Shown here: piece by piece, positions 8,848-16,448 of the stretch
Layout of the letters: each line of letters begins with the position of its first letter
Numbering within the stretch: the stretch's first letter is position 1
IMG/VR virus record: IMGVR_UViG_3300048592_001369
Coordinates: 1 to 53,375 of that record
DNA length: 53,375 nt
Reading direction: 5' to 3' (one strand)
From: a virus
Lineage: Duplodnaviria; Caudoviricetes
Program-made: the position numbers and the translations under genes
The notes under the pieces: model-generated
Database searches by the model: none
What the model was told of the DNA's origin: nothing
The model's input: only the letters and a program-made list of their open reading frames with translations

Positions 8848-9206
8848 CGCACGATCCACGCGATCACGTGCGCTGCGAAGTAGACCCAGGCGGCGGCCAA
8901 GAAGGCGCGCGTGCCCCAGTGCGCGCGCGGGGCCCGGTAGGGCCCCTCGAGCTGCGCGATCCGCAGCACGCGGCGGGGCGCGAGGAGCACGGCCGCCGGC
9001 GTCGAGGCCGGGTCGGAGGTGGTGCCCGCGCCGAGACTCGACGGGGTGCAGAAGGGCGCCTCGAGGCCCTCGCCGTCGGAGGTGAGCGTCGGAGCGGCCT
9101 CGGCCGCGGGCGAGCGTCGTTCGTCCGGTACGTCGAACTCGATCGTGAGCGGGTGCTCGGCCTCGATCCTCGCGATCTCGTCGGCGGTGAGCTCCGGGAG
9201 CGTCAT
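8844..9206 (-). CDS. Hypothetical protein with C-terminal TM helix
   Basis: GGAGG RBS; AFLAAAWVYFAAHVIAWIV. Confidence 0.55.
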   Translation of the reverse strand: MTLPELTADEIARIEAEHPLTIEFDVPDERRSPAAEAAPTLTSDGEGLEAPFCTPSSLGAGTTSDPASTPAAVLLAPRRVLRIAQLEGPYRAPRAHWGTRAFLAAAWVYFAAHVIAWIVR

Positions 9207-9514
9207 GGCATCCTCCGCATGAGCACCGTGCAATGCGACGGCAGCACCGTCCGCGCGTACGCGGCGCCGCGCACGGCGACGGAAACGAGGACGGCAGGCT
9301 CGCCGTGGCGGACGCCTGCCTTGATCGCGGTCACCTCGCCGCAGAAGCTCTCCTGCCTCCCGGGCAGGAGCGCATGGCTGCGGTCGACGCGCACGCGTGC
9401 ACCGACATGGAGGCGGCACCCCGCGCGGTCGTAGACCTCGGGGTACGTCCGGGCGCAGGGCGGTTCGGCCGGCCCGCGCTTCGCCGGACGGGTGATGCGC
9501 CCGCCCGGCGTCAC
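9203..9514 (-). CDS. Hypothetical protein, SH3/KOW-like beta pattern
   Basis: YDRAGCRLHVGARVRV...GEVTAI; coupled to the downstream gene. Confidence 0.5.
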   Translation of the reverse strand: MTPGGRITRPAKRGPAEPPCARTYPEVYDRAGCRLHVGARVRVDRSHALLPGRQESFCGEVTAIKAGVRHGEPAVLVSVAVRGAAYARTVLPSHCTVLMRRMP

Positions 9515-9634
9515 CGGAGAGCCTCGACGATCGCGCGGTGGTGTAGACTGGCCGCGACGAGAAGTGGCGACAGCCCGCAGGCACGGGCTGCCGCCTTGTC
9601 CCCCTGCCCGTCCAAGGCAGACAGGAGGAGCACA

Positions 9635-9781
9635 TTGGAGACGACATGGCGTGCAGGTTCGAAGGAGCCGAAGCCGGCGGCACCGCCGCCGAAACCGAAG
9701 CCGGAGCCGGAGACGCGGGAGGAACCCCCGCTGCCGCAGGCTCCGCCCCCGCCGAGGCCGAAGCCGCCCAGCGGCAGGTAG
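9635..9781 (+). CDS. Possible 48-aa Pro-rich peptide overlapping the SLATT-like gene
   Basis: AGGAGG RBS before TTG 9635; PKPAAPPPKPKPEPETREEPPLPQAPPPPRPKPP. Confidence 0.35.
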   Translation: METTWRAGSKEPKPAAPPPKPKPEPETREEPPLPQAPPPPRPKPPSGR

Positions 9782-10275
9782 ACGACTGCTGCACGGACGC
9801 CGAGCGGAGCGCGATCTACCACAAAGCGCGCGAGGGCTTCCTCGACGCGTGCCACCGCGCGACGATGTTCCTCGTGATCCTCTCGAGCAGCGCGGCCGTC
9901 GCGACCGCAGCGCCGGAGGGAGGCACCGCGGCGCGAGCCTTGCTCCTTGCGCCGGCGATCCTCGGTGCGCTCGACATGACCCTCGCCTTCGGCGTCCGCG
10001 CGCGCGAGCACGCGATCCTCGCGCGGCGCTTCCTCGAGCTCGCGGCCGAGTGCACGGCGCCCGATGCCGATGGCACCGCCCTGCGGGCCGCCTTCTACCG
10101 GCTCTGCTCCGAGGAGCCGCCGACGTACCGCGCTCTCGATGCGCTCGCCCACAACCAGGTCTGCGACGCCCTTCGCCAGCCCGGCGAAAAGCTCCGAGTC
10201 GGCGCCTGCGCGCGGTGCCTCCGCCACCTCGTCCGCTTCTCGTCGCGCGAGTTCAGAGCCACCGCAGGCGGCTGA
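9646..10275 (+). CDS. Two-TM SLATT-like membrane protein (candidate defence/exclusion cargo)
   Basis: RSAIYH...TM1...TM2...AREHAILARRFLEL...EEPPTYRALDALAHNQ; antisense to the early operon. Confidence 0.6.
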   Translation: MACRFEGAEAGGTAAETEAGAGDAGGTPAAAGSAPAEAEAAQRQVDDCCTDAERSAIYHKAREGFLDACHRATMFLVILSSSAAVATAAPEGGTAARALLLAPAILGALDMTLAFGVRAREHAILARRFLELAAECTAPDADGTALRAAFYRLCSEEPPTYRALDALAHNQVCDALRQPGEKLRVGACARCLRHLVRFSSREFRATAGG

Positions 10276-10439
10276 GGGCGACTGGGCCGCGGGCGGATGG
10301 CCAGAGAGTTCGACCTCCCCGTCCGGGCGGCGCACCTCGAGCCCCGCAGCCGGCGAGCACGGGTCGACGACCGAGTGCACGGCCACTGCCAGGGCTGTCG
10401 CGAAGCTGGAGGGGCGAGCGGGCACTGGGCCTCCGGCCG

Positions 10440-10491
10440 TAAACGTTACGTTTATAGCCGGAGTAATGGGTTGGTGTCAACGTGTCGTTGA
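10440..10491 (-). promoter_or_regulatory. PL-like sigma70 promoter overlapped by two palindromic operators
   Basis: Minus strand TTGACA (10480-10475)-N18-TATAAA (10456-10451); operators TAAACGTTACGTTTA (10440-10454) and TCAACGTGTCGTTGA (10477-10491). Confidence 0.85.
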
Positions 10492-10493
10492 TA

Positions 10494-11330
10494 TCACCTG
10501 GGCGCGCGGCGCTTCGCTCGGTCCGGAAGGGCTAGGGTCCACCACTCCTCGGAGACGATGCTGATAGGGGCTCCTTGGTTTCTCAGAGCCACACCGGCCT
10601 CGATCTTCCTGCCGAAGACCCCATGCACCCAGGACTCGCTCGCGATGGCGCCAACCACCAAGACGCTCGTCTTGCGCGAGACCGACGACGCAACCCGCGC
10701 TCCGGCCGCCCTCGTCGCGGCTTCGCAAGCCGATCGATCGCCGAAGATGAACTCGCCAGTCAGGACATAGACCCGCTCGGGAAATACGAGGGGAGGAGGC
10801 GGGTCGCAAAGGGGCAATGCGATGGACCTGGCCCGGCCGCCAGGAGTCGGGGGGTGACCTCCTGTGAGGCCGCCGAGGAGATCCAGCAGGCTCCGCCGTT
10901 CGCCGGCGTCGATTGTGCCGTCCTGAAAGATGGCCTCAAGCCTCTCCGCGAGCGTGCTTGCCGGCCAATGATCGGCGATATCCGGGTTGCCTCGCAGCCA
11001 CGCGCGCAAGGCTTGGGCTTCGAGATCGTGCAGGATGCCGTCCGCAACGAGGCCGCGGCATATTCCCAGCAGCTCGTGCAGGCAGCGGTCCATTCGGCGA
11101 CGAGAGAGCCATACCTCGGCTCCTGGATCGATCGCCGGCTTGGTGGACTGATGGGGCAGCGGCGCGACGCCTTCGCGTGCGAGCGCCTCGCTTGCTGCCT
11201 GCCATGCCGGCATCCCGTCGGTCCACACGTAACAGTCGCCCAGGGAAAGCACTCGCTCGAGCTGCGCATCGGAGACGGGCCCGTGGATCTGATTGAGCGG
11301 GTCGAGGTAGTGCCAAGCTCTCGCCTTCAT
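10494..11330 (-). CDS. GYF_2 (DUF4339) + helical + BRCT domain protein
   Basis: WHY...GPVS...VWTDGMPAWQ; LLGICRGLVADG; VLTGEF...SVSRKTSVLVVG...GRKIE...IVSEEWW. Confidence 0.8.
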   Translation of the reverse strand: MKARAWHYLDPLNQIHGPVSDAQLERVLSLGDCYVWTDGMPAWQAASEALAREGVAPLPHQSTKPAIDPGAEVWLSRRRMDRCLHELLGICRGLVADGILHDLEAQALRAWLRGNPDIADHWPASTLAERLEAIFQDGTIDAGERRSLLDLLGGLTGGHPPTPGGRARSIALPLCDPPPPLVFPERVYVLTGEFIFGDRSACEAATRAAGARVASSVSRKTSVLVVGAIASESWVHGVFGRKIEAGVALRNQGAPISIVSEEWWTLALPDRAKRRAPR

Positions 11331-11335
11331 TGCAG

Positions 11336-11797
11336 TTACACCCCTCTGATCACGGTCTCTGGGGCGCCTTTTCGGCGCCGCGCGATCTCCGGGCGGCTCG
11401 CTCTAGCCTCCACCCCAGCGGCCAACGCGGCAAGGAAGGGGAGGAGCGCGTTCACAACCGAGGCGAGGAGGTCGTATCCCGGCGTCCCTGGTTCGTACCA
11501 TGTGCCGGAGATCATGATCGCGAGGCGGTGGGGAGCCTCAATAACGGTGAAGGAGCGGCCTACCGCGCTCTCGAGCCTGCGAGCAATCTTGGCGTCGGGA
11601 TCTTTTCCCCCCGAGACATAGTTCCAGACGGATTGCGGGGTGATACCGAGTGCGGCGGCCATCGCGTCCCGGCTGCCGCCGAAGTGTCGCTCCAGGGCGA
11701 TCTTCATCGCCTGCTGGTTCAGCGTTAGACGCGGTCGGTCCTTCGCCGTGTGCTTACGGCGCTTTGCGACGCCAGGCTCAACGTGACGTGCGGGCAT
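11336..11797 (-). CDS. CI-like XRE HTH repressor without S24 peptidase domain (start uncertain: 11797 or 11707)
   Basis: SRDAMAAALGITPQSVWNYVSGGKDP; divergent from a cro-like gene; TACGAT -10 ends 7 nt before ATG 11797. Confidence 0.75.
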   Translation of the reverse strand: MPARHVEPGVAKRRKHTAKDRPRLTLNQQAMKIALERHFGGSRDAMAAALGITPQSVWNYVSGGKDPDAKIARRLESAVGRSFTVIEAPHRLAIMISGTWYEPGTPGYDLLASVVNALLPFLAALAAGVEARASRPEIARRRKGAPETVIRGV

Positions 11798-11892
11798 CTC
11801 CCCAATCGTAGGGGTGGGAGGTTGGTCGGGCGTCAACGGATCGTGTATTTCTGCTTGTGGCGTCGCGCGCGCGGTGGTAAACGTTTCGTGGA
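11778..11892. promoter_or_regulatory. OR-like region with three degenerate operators
   Basis: TCAACGTGACGTGCG (11778), TCAACGGATCGTGTA (11833), TAAACGTTTCGTGGA (11878), resembling TMAACG-N3-CGTTKA. Confidence 0.7.
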
Positions 11893-12293
11893 TGACCGGC
11901 CGAGATCTACTCGAAATGTGGGTGTCAGGTCACCCGTCCCAGCGGGCTGCCGCACGTGCGCTTTCGGTAAGCCCTCAATGGCTCAGCCAATGGCTTGCCG
12001 ACCCACTGCGCGGGATCGAAAAGTTCGCAGCACGGCGGATCTCACGCAGGACGGGGATCCCTCTTGCAGCTCTCCTCTTCAAGAACGAGTCCGCGGCGAA
12101 GCTGGAGCGAGAGGCGCGCACCGCGAAGCGTTCGGCAGCCCCCCTCGCACGAGGGGGAGAAGCGGCAGCGTGTCGGCAATTGAGCCCCAAGGCTGTGCCC
12201 TCGATTTGCGGGGTGGGCCTCACAGCTCCGAGTACTTCGCCACGCACGACTCCTCCGCGCGTGGGCTGCCGTCCTTCGGCATCTCGCAGATGA
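11892..12293 (+). CDS. Cro-like HTH protein
   Basis: SQRAAARALSVSPQWLSQWL...AARRISRRTGIPLAALL; divergent from the repressor. Confidence 0.75.
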   Translation: MTGRDLLEMWVSGHPSQRAAARALSVSPQWLSQWLADPLRGIEKFAARRISRRTGIPLAALLFKNESAAKLEREARTAKRSAAPLARGGEAAACRQLSPKAVPSICGVGLTAPSTSPRTTPPRVGCRPSASRR

Positions 12294-12576
12294 CGACGAT
12301 GGTCCAGCCGATCGAAATCGGGGCGACGATGCCCCCCGAGGCGAGATGCCAGGTCTCGCTGGATCCGCGGTTCCAGGTGCAGACCTGCTTGTCTTCCCCC
12401 GCAGGAACGCAAGAGGTCGGTCCGGTTTGGAGCAAGGCGCTGATCTCCATGATCGTCTTCGCGGATCGCAGCTTCGCGGCCAGCCTCAGATTGGTGTCGT
12501 CGATCCTGCGCTGCTGGACAGCGCAGCCACTGAGAAGGGCGAGGAGGGCGATCGAGGCGGTTTTCGTAGCCTTCAT
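12220..12576 (-). CDS. Small lipoprotein (moron; possible superinfection exclusion)
   Basis: MKATKTASIALLALLSGC lipobox; AGGAG RBS; four further Cys. Confidence 0.7.
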   Translation of the reverse strand: MKATKTASIALLALLSGCAVQQRRIDDTNLRLAAKLRSAKTIMEISALLQTGPTSCVPAGEDKQVCTWNRGSSETWHLASGGIVAPISIGWTIVVICEMPKDGSPRAEESCVAKYSEL

Positions 12577-12787
12577 CAAGTTTCTCCTTCGGTTGGTGCC
12601 CGTCGACAAAGAGGCGCTTCATGTGGCTGCGTGAGCTCGCAAAGCGCGTGCTGCGCGGCCTCCTCGCTCCGCTGATTCGTGAGATCGCGAGGGAGGAGAT
12701 CGGGCAACACTCGCGGAGGGAAGCGGCGGCGATCGCGCGGACAATCCGAGAGATCCCGGAAAAGCCATTGCCGAGGGAGCGACCGTG

Positions 12788-13009
12788 CTAGCGCGGCGTG
12801 CGACCAATGGCTGCAACGATCGCGCGGGGAATCTCCTTTTCGGGATGGCCCTCGAGGCTCATCATCATCCGCACGAGGCGGTCGTTCACCCCTCGGATCA
12901 CGATCGGGTCCTCGATGCTGTCGAGGATGATGTTGATGACCGCGATCAGCGTCACGGTTGCCTGACCGACGGCGCCGCCGAGTGCGGTGACGATCTCTTC
13001 CGACCTCAT
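12788..13009 (-). CDS. Hypothetical protein (73 aa)
   Basis: GGAGGA RBS; helical amphipathic sequence. Confidence 0.4.
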   Translation of the reverse strand: MRSEEIVTALGGAVGQATVTLIAVINIILDSIEDPIVIRGVNDRLVRMMMSLEGHPEKEIPRAIVAAIGRTPR

Positions 13010-13112
13010 GGTCTTCCTCCCGGAGCCTCTCGGCTCCGCGCTGGTGGTGGTTGCACCCTCCAGTGTACGCCGGCGGGCTCCGGGGGATCACTTCGTCTCC
13101 TAGAGGGTGGTT

Positions 13113-13403
13113 ATGGAAGCTGACGCGAAGGTCACGATCAGCGCCGACGCCTCGCAGCTCGCGCCCGTGCTCGCCGAGTTGCGCGAGCTGGTCGAGCGGT
13201 CAACGGCGCGGGGTGAGCTTGCGCCGGCCGAACTCGACCTTCTCGATGAGCCGTCGCAGCTCGTCTGCTTTGACGTCGATGGAAGCGCCTCACCGGCAGG
13301 TGAGCTTCGAGTTCTGCTTCAGCCGACGGATCGGCTCCTCGAGCTCGTGGCCGCACTTCGGGCATGGGATCGGGATCGCTGCGGTGTCGAACATGACGTG
13401 TGA
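13113..13403 (+). CDS. Hypothetical protein antiparallel to a Zn-ribbon gene
   Basis: GAGGGTGG RBS; open 96 aa in the early rightward direction. Confidence 0.5.
   Translation: MEADAKVTISADASQLAPVLAELRELVERSTARGELAPAELDLLDEPSQLVCFDVDGSASPAGELRVLLQPTDRLLELVAALRAWDRDRCGVEHDV
13200..13394 (-). pseudogene. Zn-ribbon protein with in-frame TGA at a Cys position
   Basis: MFDTAAIPIPCPKCG...LTCR*GASIDVKADELRRLIEKVE; GAGGAG RBS; TGA at 13292-13290. Confidence 0.55.
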
Positions 13404-13579
13404 TCTCCTCGGGGTGCGGGGCTTCGGTGCTGTTCGCGACACCCGGCATGGTACGCCCTCCGCCCCGGGGAGATCCCGAGGATTTGCGCCGGCCCCGCGA
13501 GCCGTGGGGGGTGGTGAGCCTCCGTGCTGCTCGGAGGCCGATCTCGCGAGGCCGGCGCACCCTCTTTGTGCCGCGAGAG

Positions 13580-13625
13580 CACCGTCAACAACGGTCAACA
13601 GTTCGCCGACCACCGTCAACAACGG
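13580..13625. repeat. CACCGTCAACAACGG x2 and GTCAACA x3 upstream of the cII-position gene
   Basis: 15-mers at 13580 and 13611; GTCAACA at 13584, 13594, 13615. Confidence 0.65.
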
Positions 13626-13632
13626 GGGGTCG

Positions 13633-14016
13633 ATGGGGGGTGAGCCGCGGAGGCTCACGATGCAGCAGGAGATTCGAGAGGAGATCAGGATCGCGCTCTG
13701 GCGGATGCTCGATGAGGTCGACGGCTACGAGGCCTTCGCCTCCGCCATCGCAGCGGTGAAGGCGTGGGACTCGAGCCCTCGGACCTGGCTCTCCATCGTC
13801 TCGCGATGGACGAGCTCGTCGGATCCGCGCGACGTCCCGGGCTGGGCGCTCGCCGTCGCGCAGCGCACGCTCGTCCCTATGGGGGCGCGCGATCGGATCG
13901 CACCGATCCAGGCGCGCGTCGCCTACGAGGTGCAGCAGGCGGCCGAGGACTCGCCGCGTCGCGCTCCCATGGCGCGCGTACGACGGGGCGCGAGCTCGGC
14001 GAGGAGGCCGGCATGA
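13633..14016 (+). CDS. Putative regulatory protein in the cII position
   Basis: Helical protein (SIVSRWTS) between cro and replication genes; function from position only. Confidence 0.45.
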   Translation: MGGEPRRLTMQQEIREEIRIALWRMLDEVDGYEAFASAIAAVKAWDSSPRTWLSIVSRWTSSSDPRDVPGWALAVAQRTLVPMGARDRIAPIQARVAYEVQQAAEDSPRRAPMARVRRGASSARRPA

Positions 14017-14101
14017 TGCTCGGGCACCGGCGCACAGGTCGCGCGAGCGCGCGCGGGGCGGGAAGTGGCGGCAGTCAGAGAGACTGCTGGAGGAAGAGAC
14101 G

Positions 14102-14326
14102 GTGATCCGGGACCCGCGGCTCACGGACGTCGGCACCGAGCCTCGCCATGGTGATCGGTGCAACTGCGTGGTCTGCGACCTGCGTCGCGACCTCGATGGC
14201 CACGTGCGCTGCCGCGCGTGCGGGACATGGTTCCCGCGCTCGCCGGTCTCGGGTGAGGTCGCCGCGACGCACTGCCCGGAGTGCAGCGCGCCCGCCGAAA
14301 CCCGGCACCGGGGAGCGGACCGGTGA
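14102..14326 (+). CDS. Small Cys-rich Zn-finger protein
   Basis: CNCVVC, CRAC, CPEC; GGAGGA RBS. Confidence 0.55.
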   Translation: MIRDPRLTDVGTEPRHGDRCNCVVCDLRRDLDGHVRCRACGTWFPRSPVSGEVAATHCPECSAPAETRHRGADR

Positions 14327-14649
14327 GCGCCGGGGCCGCCCGCCAGGTGAGAATCGAGGGGATCGTCTCGGACGAGGTGACCCGCGCCCTCGAACGGCTC
14401 ACCGCGGAGAGCCCACGCGCGCAGGTGGAAATTCGCCTCGAGGACGGCTCGCGGCTGCTGAGAGCCGTGGCATCGCACGTCGCGGTTCTCGGCAGCGAAC
14501 GGACGAAGGCCGGGGTCATGATCGAGGTCATTTTGATCCTCTCGCCGCCGGCGCCATGCCCTGCGCGGAGTCCGGAGAGGGGGATGGCCGCGTTCGAGGA
14601 AGGGCTGCCGGAGATCGCGAAGCGGCAGCGTGTCGGGAGACGCCGGTGA
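14323..14649 (+). CDS. Hypothetical protein
   Basis: GTGA-coupled at both ends. Confidence 0.45.
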   Translation: MSAGAARQVRIEGIVSDEVTRALERLTAESPRAQVEIRLEDGSRLLRAVASHVAVLGSERTKAGVMIEVILILSPPAPCPARSPERGMAAFEEGLPEIAKRQRVGRRR

Positions 14650-15338
14650 CGAGGCGGCTCTCGCGAGTAGCGACCACCGATATCGACGTGATCGAGCTGT
14701 CCGTCGACGAGGCGGTGGCACTGCGCTGGGAGCGCGTGGAGGAGGCGTTCGAAGGTGAGTCGCTGCGCGAGCTTTACGCCTCGCTCATCGACGCGATCTG
14801 CTGCCTGCGGGAGACGCAGCGCCAGGGACACAGGCTGCGTCCGCTGCTGATCGAGACGCCGGCGGCAGTCCGGTTCGTGAGTGCGGAGCCGCTACTCGGG
14901 CCGGTGGACCTACTGATCGCAGCGTTGAATGGGACCGACTCATTCGCGGATATGGCCGGGATCCGCTGGGTGATCGTCGGCGGAGAATCGGGCCATCACG
15001 CGCGGCAGTGCGACGTCGCGTGGATCCGCCGAGTCGTCAATGACTGCCGACGCGCAAAGGTGCCGTGTTTCGTTAAGCAGCTCGGCGCTCGGCCATACGA
15101 GGAAGTACGCGACGACGAGGGGCCGCGCGAAGTCGCTGCGTGGTGGAACCTTGACGGATGGCCTGAGGATCGCGTCTTGTGGGATGACGCCGGGGAGTGC
15201 TGGCTGCCGCGCCTGCGCGACCTCAAAGGCGCGGACCCGTCCGAGTGGCCGGATGACCTTCGCGTCCGGGAGTCTCCTACGGGCAGGACGGAGGACGATC
15301 GCGGCGGTGTCCACGCGAGCGAAGAGGGCCTGATCTGA
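14646..15338 (+). CDS. Chimeric/truncated DUF5131 (Gp37/Gp68) protein, C-terminal half only
   Basis: VRFVSAEPLLGPVDL, WVIVGGESG, PCFVKQLG, KGADPSEWP present; N-terminal three-Cys motif absent. Confidence 0.75.
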   Translation: MTRRLSRVATTDIDVIELSVDEAVALRWERVEEAFEGESLRELYASLIDAICCLRETQRQGHRLRPLLIETPAAVRFVSAEPLLGPVDLLIAALNGTDSFADMAGIRWVIVGGESGHHARQCDVAWIRRVVNDCRRAKVPCFVKQLGARPYEEVRDDEGPREVAAWWNLDGWPEDRVLWDDAGECWLPRLRDLKGADPSEWPDDLRVRESPTGRTEDDRGGVHASEEGLI

Positions 15339-15368
15339 CGCGCGCGAGCGCTTGAAAGGGGGGGTGGG

Positions 15369-16352
15369 GTGCCGGCGAGAGTCATCCGCGGGGAGATCAA
15401 CGCGAGTCGCTCGCTTGCGCGTGTGAGCATGGAGGCGGAGTTGACTTTCCGCGCGCTCGTGACGGCCGTCGACGACTACGGACGCTACGACGCAGACCCC
15501 CTTATGTTGAAGGCGGCGCTGTTTCCGCGTAGGACGAACGTGACCCCGGAGCACGTCGCCACCTGGCTCGCAGAGCTCGGCGATGAAGGCTGCGTGCAGA
15601 TCTACACCGTGGACGGAGTCGCCTACCTCTGGCTCACGGGGTGGGAAAAACACCGGGGAAACGCGCGTCGGTCCGCCGTATCGCGTTTCCCCGCACCTCC
15701 AGCGGATTCAGCGGTATCCCCGGGAAATCCGAGAGACTACGATCCGCAGCTGGAGGACACTCCGGAGCTTCTGGGAGATTCTGGGAGCTTCCCGGAGGTC
15801 TCCGGAGCTTCCGGGATATTCCCGGAAATCCGGGAGATTCCCGGAGATCCGTCCGAGAATCGGGAATCGGGAATCGGGAATCGGGAATCGAGAGTGTCCG
15901 GGAAGGAGCGCGCTGCCGCGCGCTCGCCGGCTGGCCGCTCCGCGGCTGCGCCGGCCGAGTGGGCTCTGGAGGCAGCCGGAAGCCTGAGGCAGAGCGTCGA
16001 GCGGCGTTGTCGCGGCGCACCGTTGCCGGAGTCCCTCGTCTCGTGGGCGCGGGAGCTGGAGCGCATCCGTGCGCCGACCGAGGCCGTGCAGGAGGCCCTG
16101 CGCTGGTACGTGGCGGAGGCTCGCGACGGGGACCGCTACTTGCCCGAGTGCCGCAGCGGTCGCGCGTTTCGAGCGAAGTACGACCAGGTGCTGGCCGCAC
16201 GTCGACGCGAGCGGCTGCCGGAGGGACCGACGAAACCCGGGCCGAAGGGCGCAGCGTACCAGCCGTTCAAGGCCGCGCCGCGGGAGGGGGGCATTGCGAA
16301 CGTGGGGGGGGCCATCAAGAACCTGCTGCGCGATGCAGCAGAAGGCCGATGA
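15369..16352 (+). CDS. Phage replication initiator (lambda O-like organisation)
   Basis: RVIRGEINAS...VDDYGR...LKAALFP...WEKH N-domain; repeat-rich linker; FRAKYDQV C-domain. Confidence 0.8.
   Translation: MPARVIRGEINASRSLARVSMEAELTFRALVTAVDDYGRYDADPLMLKAALFPRRTNVTPEHVATWLAELGDEGCVQIYTVDGVAYLWLTGWEKHRGNARRSAVSRFPAPPADSAVSPGNPRDYDPQLEDTPELLGDSGSFPEVSGASGIFPEIREIPGDPSENRESGIGNRESRVSGKERAAARSPAGRSAAAPAEWALEAAGSLRQSVERRCRGAPLPESLVSWARELERIRAPTEAVQEALRWYVAEARDGDRYLPECRSGRAFRAKYDQVLAARRRERLPEGPTKPGPKGAAYQPFKAAPREGGIANVGGAIKNLLRDAAEGR
15719..15891. repeat. Iteron-like repeats; putative replication origin
   Basis: Run of degenerate ~10-bp units (CCGGAGCTTC/CGGGAGATTC-like), then five GAATCGR heptamers at 15857-15891. 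Confidence 0.75.
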
Positions 16353-16448
16353 GAAGCGGGAGACCCGCGAGGGGGGTCGCGGGATGGACGTGGCGCGCGG
16401 CATCGTGCGTGGACTCGGATCGAGGCTGACGGGGGAGGGAGGCGCGGC

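Noticed and set aside
10494-11330. NAD-dependent DNA ligase
   Set aside because: Only a BRCT domain; no adenylation (KxDG) or OB domain.
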